From assembly GCA_004764695.1 (NCBI GenBank), contig SMSO01000032.1, forward strand, positions 8,402,483-8,466,482: DNA of 64,000 nt, given 5' to 3'. The translations under genes were made by a program, and so were the position numbers. Below, one piece after another: positions 46,701-57,706 of this stretch. The notes below the pieces were generated by a model. It was not told where the DNA came from and did not search any database. It worked only from the letters and a program-made list of their open reading frames with translations. Numbering within the stretch: position 1 is the first letter of the stretch; each line of letters begins with the position of its first letter. The DNA is from Schizochytrium sp. TIO01. Lineage: Eukaryota > Protista > Bigyra: Labyrinthulomycetes.

Positions 46701-47869
46701 GTCGAGATGTTGGTCGTTCATCGGGAGGCCATTTTCATCAGCCAGGACGGAGGAGGGACAAGGCGAATAGTGCTTTTATTTGCAAGGATCGAGGCAAAGT
46801 CGAAGATCAGTTTAGTCAAAGGCCCACATTTAAAAGAAACATATTGTACAGAGTTTGTCTTTGGTGTCCGGAGGGAAAAGGTGCTCCTTATGTTGAAGAC
46901 GCCGCGGGCAGACTAATGCCTGCGCGGCAAGAAGATTTGTTGTTGTTGTGGGAAAAGGCTTGGGTAAATAAGGGGGGAGATGTAAATAGGGAGCAAGTGC
47001 TCTAACGTGTTCGAGAGTCCTGTTGCACTTCATCGCTACTTTTGCTGACGGGAAACAGAAAATGTCGCATGTAGGATGAATCATTTGCAAGCAAGTAAGC
47101 AAGCAAGGAGTCTCAGCTTGAATGTACTAGCGGGTATGCCCAGGTGTGAATCGCACGGGGGTCATCATCGTCGCTGGCCGGGCAGGTCTTTAGGCAGCAT
47201 GGTCATCCGTTGAGTCATCACGCCATTCTAACACTCTGCAGAAGGCTGACGCTTGGTGAAGGAGCGGTGCTTACATGTGAGGAGGTGTTTCCTCTTGTTG
47301 CTGGCGCTGTTGGAGCTGCTCATCGACCAGCCGCGACGTTTTGAAACGCTGCCCTCAAGCTTGCTGCCGCGACTTGAGTCGGAGGTGGCAGAGGACGAGG
47401 ACTTGCCCTTGTGCTGAAGACCGAGACGTGTCAAGAGGCTCATTGTCTTTAGTTGTGTAGTTGCTGCTGCTGCTGTGTTTGTCTTTGCTCTTCGCTTTGA
47501 GCGACAGAGGACTTTGTCTGCACAGAGAAGTTTGGGGTTTGATCACTCCTCGAGTGCTCCATAGCTCACCTGCTCGTGCCCCTAGGAATCGCCTATCTAC
47601 ACCTACCCAAAACCTCCTTGGCACAAGCAGCCTCCCTCACTCGCTACCTCCTTTGTCTTTTGGTAGCATTCCTACCATAAACCTTAGCCACTCCTAGCGG
47701 TTCCTATTCGCACACTCTAGCTTGCTAGTAAGTTTCTTCGTCAATACTCTAGGCTTTCAACATAGGAGGCACTAGGTACCTCCCTATCTCCCTTCCTAAC
47801 AAACAAACTTTTTAGTTGGATCACCAAACTAACTAATGAATTACTGAGTCAGTCAACAGACAGACTGCG

Positions 47870-48139
47870 AAAACTAACTAACTAACAAACTAACTAACTA
47901 ACTAATTAATCAAATAGCTGGCCTAGTAGTCAACTAACCTACTTCAATACTTACTCACTCACTCACTCACTCACTCACTAACTTAATTACTTACTTACTA
48001 ACAGGCGCTCACTTACTAACAGAAAGCTGAAAGCCACAGAGAAACAAACTGACTGACTGACTAGCACGGGAAAAATAAGAGAGAGGAAACAGGAAGAGCG
48101 AAGAGGAAGTTTTGCCCTCCTCTCAGTCTGCCACTGATC

Positions 48140-48168
<29 letters not shown>
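47870..48168. repeat. Microsatellite cluster (AACT)n, (ACTC)n, (ACTT)n, (ACTG)n, (GA)n
   Basis: Directly visible. Confidence 0.85.
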
Positions 48169-48172
<4 letters not shown>

Positions 48173-48459
48173 TGAGAGAGGAACAGCGAGACACTTTTCG
48201 GTTTACTTAGTTAGGCCTTGTATAGCCATGTCTACGTATGCTTCCCTCATCTGTTCTCAGGCTGGGTACTTTCTTTCTTTGATTCATTCTTTGTTTCTAC
48301 TTTCAGTCTTTGTTTTTACTTTCAGTATTAGTTTCTTTCTTTGTTTCTTTCTCTGGTGTTCTTTCTCTCTCTCTCTCTCTCTCAATCTCTGTTTCTTCTC
48401 ACTTTATTCGCTTCGAGTGTTTCTTTTCAAGCCACCAAGAACGTGGAAGTGGCTGAGGC

Positions 48460-48512
48460 TTTCTTTCTAAATTCCTTCTTTCTAAATTCCTTCTTTCTAA
48501 ATTCTTTCTTTC
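48460..48512. repeat. 15-bp minisatellite TTCTTTCTAAATTCC x~3
   Basis: Directly visible. Confidence 0.85.
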
Positions 48513-49651
48513 TTTCTGTCAGTCAGACTTTCTTTCTTTCTTAGTTTCTGCCAGAGTTTCTTTCTTTCCTGCCCGACATCGCTTCGCTGAGGCCGCGAGG
48601 AGGGCCCTCGGAGGAGGCCGAGCTCGTAATCAGCCAGGAATACGAAGCACCAGAAGAGAGCGAGTCCTCCTCGGCCTTGAGAACTCGAATTCTCAGGTGC
48701 CGCGTCGAGGCTCAGTCTGCTTTCTCGCTTGCTCTCCCTAACTATAGCCAGGTACTTCTTCTTTACCTACCGCCGCCATACAGTGATGTTCTCTCTCTTA
48801 AAGTTTAATCAAAACCTTTACCTTGACATGTATAAATAAACAAATAAACAAATAAACAACAAATAAATAAATAAAAATGTTCAAGCTGTTTTTCTATTAT
48901 TTACTTATGTTTTTAATGATAATAAGAAATCTCAAGCAAGTTGTTGTGATTAAATCAGTGAAACATGGCGGTTTTCAAAGGGGAGAAAGTTAAAAGAGAA
49001 CAGTCTGTGGGGAAAAGAGCTCGGAGCATATGAGATAAAGAGGGCAAATTCGTTTCGGAGAATGGAACACGTGACAACAACAGCGAAGGTAAGTAAGCAA
49101 TGTAATAGAAAGAAAGGAGCTAAAAAGGGCCTCGAGTACTCTCAATGTACCCCCTGTGCCTCGGCGCACCATGGGCATCAAGGAGGGCGTTCCTGGGAAG
49201 TCGCGGGGGTACGAGGAGATATTGGTGAGAGCGCGCGCCTGAACTTGGTAACGGGATCGGAGTCGTTTGGCTGGCGATGCAGGAAACTTTGGAATTCTCG
49301 CATCATCAAATCGAATCAGCTAATGGGCCTCAAGTCGCGGATTAAAGAAAGGCATTCGGCCTTCACAAATGCCTTCATTGGCTCTGCCGCGGAGGAATAC
49401 TTCGCTCGTTTCCACCCGGCTTCGCAGGCCTCAGCTCGTCTTGAGCCCTGTTCATTAGAACGTTTGAAAGATCTCGTGTTCATTCTCGAATTTGAAAGGA
49501 AAAACAAAACAAAAAAACTGATGTCAGATCATTTTTAAAAGCATTGGACTATCTCGTTCTCTTTCCTAATTTAAAAATAAAAAAATAAAAAAATATTTTT
49601 TAAAAATAAATACTTTAAAGCTGCTTTCGCTTTTCTTCTTTGCTTATTTGC

Positions 49652-49687
49652 CATACATACATACATACATACATACATACATACATA
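49652..49687. repeat. (CATA)n microsatellite
   Basis: Directly visible. Confidence 0.9.
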
Positions 49688-50597
49688 AGAGCAAAGCAGG
49701 AGCAAAAAGAAGAGGAGAAGCGAAATGGTCGTTTTCACGAGGAAGGTGTTCTTTTCTCTCGCGCTGTGCAACGACTTTGCTGTCTCTCTGTATCTACAGC
49801 ACCACAGGATTTGATTGCCGTTTACAAAGTTGGTTTCGCAGCCGAGTTCCCATGCGCAGTAAGCAAGCAAATAAGGATCCCAAGGCACGCCGCCTTCTGC
49901 ACATCATCACCATCGTAGCCTGCAGTCAGTCAGTCAGTCAGTCAGTCGGTCAGTCGGTCGGTAAGCCAGCTCTTCTCTGCCTCTGCAACATCCATCTCCT
50001 CGTCCTCAGAGATCGTCACCAACTCGAGGACTTCGTTCACCAATTCTCCTCCTATTTCTTCACCTTGGAGTTCTCTTGTTCTCGTTCCCGTTCCCGTTCT
50101 CACCGTCATAGCGCGATGCCTCTTCTCCGCTTCAGCATCATTGCCTCTTTCTTTCTTTCTTTCTTTCTGAGTTCTTTCTTTCTGAGTTCTCTCTTTTGAG
50201 ACACGTACGTGCCAACATAAAACAGTTCGTACTCCGGCTTCCGCAGAAGAACAGCGTTCTTTCTGGCAGGCTCTCTGGGCGGCCAGGCAGCCCGAAGGAG
50301 ACGAATGCAGTTCCTGCTCTCAGGCCTCTGCTTATCTTATCACGGGCGGCGCAGAGCAGAGCAGAGCAGAGCAGAGTCGAGGCGAGTCAGTCAAGTCGCC
50401 TGAGCAGCCTTCGATTGGCTTCCTGTGCTCCTGGGAACAGCGGCGATGGCCGTAGCTGTTTCTCTGGTCACCGTTAAGTTGTACTATGAGAAAGAAGGAT
50501 AATTCTTTCCCGCTTATTATGCGGAGCCTTTGCCTTATCGCCTTCGCTTGTTCAGGGTAAGGAAAGTTATTATAGCCGCTCATTAAGTGCCTCTGAT

Positions 50598-50634
50598 TGA
50601 TAGATAGATAGATAGATAGATAGATGGATAGATA
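50598..50634. repeat. (GATA)n microsatellite
   Basis: Directly visible. Confidence 0.9.
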
Positions 50635-51829
50635 GGTACACGTGGCTGGAAAAGAACACCCCTCATTCTCGCAGTTTCCTTTTATGTCGTTTAAATGAAT
50701 GTTTATTTTAAACAATTTTAACCTGTTCAACTGGTGAAGACTAACAGTATTTTTTCATTTTCAAAGGAAAGAAAGCACTAAGCTATCACTCGTTCTGCTT
50801 TTGTAAAAGGGGGTTGAAAGGTAGCACTAGCCTCGTTGATTCTGTTTGTCCTCTGCTCGCCTTGTTCGTCCTTGCTCGCATCCCACTATCCTCTCTGTTC
50901 GACCCTTCTTCCACTCCTTCGAAGAGTTTTCTGAAGGATGGTTTTGGCTTCTGCGATGAATGTTGAAGTGGGTGAATTGCCCGCATGCAACCACGACCCA
51001 CTCACTGCATCTGCGGCTGCGAGAGTTTGCTCTGCAGTGTACGTTAGTCTGAGTGGTTTATAGCCCTCCCTCTCATCCACACTGCACTTTTTTGAAAAGA
51101 TTGTGTCTAAGATAAATCCCAGTAGCCCCTCTCACACCACTGGGATTCTGCTGAGACGTGTTTTAATAAAAGAGTGGCAGTGTAGAAAGGAGGAAAGCTT
51201 CGGTAGATTAGTCATGTCAAGAGGGAGTGAAGGCAAACCATTTTCTGTACCCCTCGATTTTTGGAGCAAGTCATTCTAGTGTTCGATTTAAGAAATAAAT
51301 TTAAAAATTAAATTAAGAATCAATTTTACTTTAGTTAAATAACTTTGAAGGAGAGAAGGGGGCAGCGTCGAAGAACGCCTAATGAGGAGCAGGGGTGCAG
51401 AGAAGCAGAATACCTGGGAGACTTACCCTCATAGTACTCATAACCCGAGTAAAGAACCAATGCTTCCAATCGTGCATACGTTTACCATGCCCCCTCCACT
51501 TATTTCTTTTACCACCATCATGCAAAACAAGTCCAAGTGGAACAGCATCTCCTTAGTTCTTTTAAAACTTTAAACAACAAATGTTTTTAAAGATTAATGC
51601 TCTTAAAAAGTTCGCAACTCCTTCACATACACGGTACGGCCTTCATCGCCAACCCTGAGTGACTCTTTCGGTTTAGGTAGCTCTCTAACGATCCCTCTTT
51701 GAAGCCTTTAAGCAGTTACGATGCGGCCCAAGCGAAAGAAGAAGCGCACCCATGGCGAATCTCAGTTTCCAGGGACCTGTTCTCGAGGGAACGTATCCTA
51801 CTTCTTTCACTTCATCTTGAGAACAGCTA

Positions 51830-52330
51830 GTAGCTAACCTCTATGCACTCCTACCAGCCAAAAACGAGCACTCCCTCCCAATCCGATCAACCCGCCTCTG
51901 GTAAGCAGAGTTAGATTCACCTACGAGCTACTCTACCGGCGCAGGTAGGAGCTGCTCAGCCACCTAGCACTTGCTACCACCCACCTATCAGAATCCCCCC
52001 TAGTCAGTCTGCCAAGACAGTTGCAGATCCTCCTAGGAGTCCCCTACCCTTTGCTACCGGCCATCGAGCCCAGAGCCACAGAAAGCTCGCCGAGACGCTA
52101 TGCAGGCGTACACCTTACCATTTAACCTATGTATCCCTTAGTAGCCCCTCCCAGGATGTGCCTTTTACGGCGCTGAAGGTTGCTTGGAGCTGGCCCGCTA
52201 TGGTAAAGCATAGGAGTGCTTAGAGGCGTCCGAGACGTTCGATGAGGGGGACGGAGCAGAGGGTAGAAGCCGGCTAGCCAACGGTAGGAGGAGCGAGGGC
52301 AGAAGGTAGAAAGCAGATAATGGTGCGCTC
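51830..52330. promoter_or_regulatory. Putative nucleosome-positioning/promoter-like element with ~10-11-bp phased TA steps
   Basis: TA steps at 51902, 51912, 51922, 51965, 51975, 51986, 52034, 52045, 52055 and 52199, 52211, 52221, 52264, 52275, 52285, 52307, 52318 in a moderately GC-rich background; some off-phase TA steps also occur. Confidence 0.4.
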
Positions 52331-53194
52331 TGTATTGGAACTGGGATCGCTGCAACTGCGGCGCTGGAGAAATGAGCGGCGAATGAAAGTTAACTTGACT
52401 TGAAGAAGGGAAAGAAAGCGCTGCAGAGAGAGGCCTCAGCTTAGCGAGAGGGAGAGGGAGATAAACCGGCGCAAAGCGGCGCCGGAAAGATTGGAGATTG
52501 ATCCAAGGCTGAGCAGAAAAGAGAGAGAAAAACTGAAAGATCCAAGGACCACGCTCTGCTGCAAATACGCTCGAAATACGCGACACATCGTCCCAGATGA
52601 AGACCGGTTGGGGCTCGTGGAGAAGGCGCAGCGCGCGAGAGCGGAGTCAGCGGCACGGCCTGAGCTGTCTGTCTGTTTACCGGCACGGGATCGAAAGTGC
52701 GGCGAGAACGGAGGAAAACCGCAGTGTATTAATAGTGCGGCGGAATACTCACTGCTCTGCGTATAAGTGGAACAGAGGAAGACACAGTGCGAACTTTTGT
52801 TCTTCGTTTTCTGATTTCTGATAGGTGTTCAACTTGGTCGGAGTAGGCGGCTTTCTTAGGGAGGCGTCTAGGAGAGAGTAGGGGTGTTCTTTGTGGCGTT
52901 CTATTCTTGCATTTTCAACAACTCGCTGCAGTGGTTTCCTTCTTTGTTTGATGGAAAATATGAACCCTGGTACTACTTTGTTAAGCTTTTTAAATGAGGT
53001 AAAATGTAACAGATCAATCAACCAGTTCGAGTTGTTGGAATTCGAACTCTAAATTTCCAACACCAGAAAGAAAAAGGAAGTTAACCTTCATTTTCATTTT
53101 TATTTTAACATTTTAACATTTTATAATTCTAGTTTATTTATTTAAATTTTAAAAAACAAAATTATAAAAAAGTATGTCTGCCATATTCAGTCGT

Positions 53195-53252
53195 CTTCCT
53201 GTTCTACTTCCTGTTCTTCTTCCTGTTCCTCTTCCTGTTCCTCTTCCTGTTC
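53195..53252. repeat. 12-bp minisatellite (CTTCCTGTTCCT-like) x~5
   Basis: Directly visible. Confidence 0.85.
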
Positions 53253-54874
53253 TTTCGATCCGCTGCCATTCTGCTTAGTTTCGGCTGCCGACTTGATCAG
53301 GAATAGCCAGCCAGCCCTCAGGCCTTCTCCAGTACCAGTCCGGCGGACCAGAGAGCTCAGCTTTCTAGGCTTTTTGCCCAAACCAGGAAAGCAATCAATC
53401 TGTTCAATTCCCAGGAAGAGCCCATTTTCTCAGCGGTTTGCTTCTGAGCTACATATATATATATATTACCGCTTTGGTGTTCTTTCTTTTCTGTTCCTTC
53501 TGTTCCTTTGCATGGATCATGAACGTGTGTTGCGCGGAATTGTCTTGCTCGCCGCAGAAGACGCAAGGCTTCTTCGCTCAGGCCGCCGCGGAGATCGCCA
53601 CAGAGGCAGCTGAGGAGGCTCGCGGCGTGGCGAGGCTTCTCTGCGAGCTGCGATGGCGAGGTTGAAGGTGTGGCGCAGCGATAGATAGTTGCGGAATGCG
53701 AAGAACGAAGAGAACCTGAGTGAGTCGTTCGTTGTTGGGATATGATACATATATATGTGTAATGCGAGTTCAAAAGGCAGTGGAACGAGCGTGCGTGGGA
53801 GCCTACCGTAAAAGCTAGGAGTTCTCATCCGTAGAAGCTCTTGGTACATGGAACAAACACCAATGTGGCGCGCAAAAAGACACAGACGTCACCACATGAC
53901 AGGGAGGCTTAGGCTGGAGGTAGGGCGAACTGTAGCAGTGCCGGAAACAGCTACAAGGTGTTCCTACGTGAGAACTTGAAGCCCAGGGAAGAACGCCTTT
54001 GCCTTCTGGCTAGCTACCTTGCTACGGTAAATGCGGGGGAAAGGAAAGGAACAGAAACAGAGAGAACACTTTGGGCGTAGTGTTAGGTGTAGAGGTAGGT
54101 AGCACTAGGACCCTAGAGGCTGAACGAGAGAGAGGAGTCTCAAGAAATAGGAGAACTCACAACGAAATAGAACTTTCAAAGAATTGCCACTGAGCCCTTC
54201 TTTTTTAATCTTTTTGGAAAGGTGTTCTTTTATTTGTTAACTGAAAAGAGACTCACCAAACGAGTGTTCTCTTGAAGAAGGGTAATCGGAACGCCGCAAC
54301 GCTCTTATTCAGCTCCTATGGGTATGCTTATGAGGCACTTTCGGTAGGTAGGTAGTTAGTTAGTTAGTTAGTTAGTCCCTGTAAGAATCCCAATCAATTC
54401 AGAGGTGGTATCAGATTTCATGACTGTTACGATCTCGAATGGCGATGATGATGCCGTGGACGATGATGATGCTCATCGAGCGTTAATCAGATCAGGTTCA
54501 GGCCAAGTGCGTGCGTGCGCTAGCCGGAGCCAGGGCTAGAGCCGTGGCCATGCATGCCCAAGCAGAGCGCAGCTCTCGCAAAGTTGCCTCGTAGCCTCGT
54601 GGCCAAAGCTTGACCAAGTCGGAGGGAGGCTCTTGTCCAGCTCAGCGATGCAGCATCGCGCGAGCTGAGCCTGGTCCCTCTTGCCGTGCTTCTCAGGCAG
54701 GACCACCCGCAGGTCGAGGGTCTCCGGGAGCTGAAGAGAAGCGAGCTCCGAGGACCAGCGGGAATCTATGCAACAGCTTCGAACGGTGGTGAAGAAGAAG
54801 AAGCGCTGACACTGGTTGCCTCCATCTCCAAGCCCTGACAACGTGCTGGAGCTCGCATGCTTCAGAGCGGAGTT

Positions 54875-54926
54875 CTGTGCTGTGCTGTGCTGTGCTGTGC
54901 TGTGCTGTGCTGTGATGTGATGTGCT
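54875..54926. repeat. (CTGTG)n pentanucleotide microsatellite
   Basis: Directly visible. Confidence 0.9.
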
Positions 54927-57269
54927 GTTGACTTTGGCTCCTTTGACTCAAGGTGAAGGAAGGAAGCTTTGACGTTGACACTGGAATTGAGACCAGAGAT
55001 TCCAATCGAATGAATGCTCCAGTTTTGTCGAAGCGGTGTCATGGCATCGCTTCTCAGTCTGTAGGTTGTTTAATTGCCACGATCACGAAGAAGAAGAGCA
55101 TTCGACCTTTTTCGTGTGCGGTGTAGATTGGCATGGCATGCCCTTCTTCATTCATTCGAAGAACTGCAAGCGACCAGAGTATGCCGCTCAGCCTTCGAAT
55201 TTTGTTTGTAGCTTGAAACAACATCACCATCACCCATGGTGCCGTTGTAGCTGCCCTACTTGAGCTCTCGTGGCTTCAGAGTGCATTGTGAGATCCGCGA
55301 CGAGAGCTGCAGCGTGAGAATAAATTTGAAGTTCTGGCAGGGAACAGGAACAGCTCCTCTTTTCTTGAATAAGTTGGGAACTGAGAACGCACTGTTCTTC
55401 TTCGTTTACAACGGAACGGGCACCATAGAACGGGAAGAGGCACCTCTTTCTTTCCCTTCGACCTACCCGCAAGTCAGAGATGAACGAAGAGGATGGCTCC
55501 CTCATCTCTCAACGGAACGGGACGAGCGCTGCTGATAGACTCTCGTAGGGAGGGCTTTTTCTGAAAGGTAAAGGTGCCAGAGGCTTCAAGTTGCTTCAAG
55601 AACAAGAAGAAGAAGGAAAGCTTGAGGTGAGCGTTCTCGCGTTCTCGCGCTCTCAGGAAGTCTGTTCGGCCAACCTCCTTCTTCGTATTTTTTTTGAAGT
55701 GTTGGTACATTTTATTATTATTGTTAGTTTTTAGCTTTTAGTTTACCGCATTCGAAGGCACCTTCGTATTTATCCTTTATGTCTTGAACAAACTTTCGAT
55801 TGCAAGATTTATTTGTAAGAGTTATAGTATAACTGCTTTACTCTGCTTTTCAGCTCCAGTTATAGTACCAAGGAATTCGAACCATATATTCATTCATTCA
55901 TTCCTAGTTTCTTTCAAAATGCTTGCTTGCTCGAGCACAACTTGCACAACTTTAAGTGAGCCAACCTCGAGTTTTAAGCTAACTCCGCGGCGCATTCGAT
56001 ACCTCGAAATCAGTATGTATGTACCTACCTACACCCAATCCATCAAACTGTATCGAGCGTGAGCGACTGTTCTTATTGAACGTGCGCCCCCTTTAGTTCT
56101 ACGTGCGAACAAGGGACTCCCACACTTCACCTCCTCCGGTGCACACCACAAAACTAAATCTACTTGATTGAGTAACCCAGTCAACCAACGAATCAACTCA
56201 ACTCAAAATCACTCAATCAATCAATCAAGCGATCAATCGATCGATCGTCGTGATCGTTTAAAGGGTCTGTCCATATCGCAAAAATGAAAGAAAGAAAGAA
56301 CGTGACCGAGAGACCAGCCATCCACCCCTTCAAGCAAGTTGGGGCGGACTGCATCTCTTTAACTGCAATGAGTAAGTCAGTTACGGAGGATAGCAGAGGC
56401 TAGGCGGCAGTAAGTAAGCGCTACGCAGCGGTGGCCGCTCGTTTGTCGCTCGAGCGAGAAATCCTCGGCCGCCCTCCATGAGCACCCCACTGCTCATATG
56501 AACAGTGCTTTAGATGGGGGCATTGTAAAGTTGTGGTTACTTCTTCTTCTTATTGTAGTTCGACAAAGTAAAAGATGTGAACTTCAAACTTCTAAAGTCT
56601 CAACTCTGTTCCCCTTTGGACTGCTCCTCTTCTTTCCTCCTATGGTTAATTCTATTCTCTTTCTCTTTTTCTTTTTCTTTAATTTAATTAAAAGAATACT
56701 TTTTAAAAATTATAATGGAACTTGGTACTTATGTATTTATTTCCGTGTTCTGTTCTTTTCCCTCGGACCTTCACTTATTTTAATTCATACCTACTTCTTT
56801 TTTTAAATATATATATCCAATAATACAAGAGAGAAAATGCATACAATTTTCAATTTATTATTTTAATGGTACATCCCAAACACATTGCCTCTTTATTACT
56901 CTTCTTTGTTTTTAAACTAATCAATAAAAAAACGTGAAATGCTTCGAAAATATGTATAATCATGATCGACAGCAGGAAAGAAGGAGGAGGAGGAGGAGCA
57001 TTCATTGCCACAGGTCAAGACTCCGACTCCTTCGTCCTTGAAACGTCACGTCGCCCATAATCAGCGGTGGAAATGGAAAGGCTTCCTCGCCGAGGCCAGA
57101 CCAGCCCTTCCCTGCATGACGCCTCGCTTCCTCTCTTTCCCTGAATCTCTCTCCTCGCCGTATGGCGCGATGAGCCCTCAAGACTCACCTTCGTCCTCAG
57201 AACGCTGTCAATCGCCTTCTTTCACTGTCCCAATCAATCAATAGAAGAACGGCACTGTAATGAACAGCT

Positions 57270-57706
57270 GAAAGAAAGAAAGAATGAAAGAATGAAAGAA
57301 TGAAAGAATGAAAGAATGAAAGAAAGGCTCTATTCTTCTTTGATAAAGTGGAAAGAATTGGCTGTCTGTCAAGCACTTGGCAACTGCTAGCCCCGGCTAT
57401 GAGATAGTCTAGCAGGTCCTGTCGCGTGGCGGTGTGTGGAAGGAAACCTGAGCTCGAAGGACGGCTCGAGTGCCACAGAGGTCGAGCGCCTCGTATCGAT
57501 CTATCTGTCTATCTGTCTATCCATCCGAGACGCCTCCCAGCTCAGGGACAGTGGGTGGCTCTGAGCCGCGCCGGAGCAGGCAGATCGCCACCTAGGCCAC
57601 GCGTCCGCTGCCCGCCCGGTTCTCTCAGGCGGCCGGCGAGCCCTGGCGACGGCTCTGTCCTTCAATTTGTTTGTTTGTTTGTTTGTTTGTTTGTTTGTTT
57701 GTTTGT
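57270..57706. repeat. (GAATGAAA)n octamer array (~57270-57325) and (TTTG)n array (~57666-57706)
   Basis: Directly visible. Confidence 0.85.
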
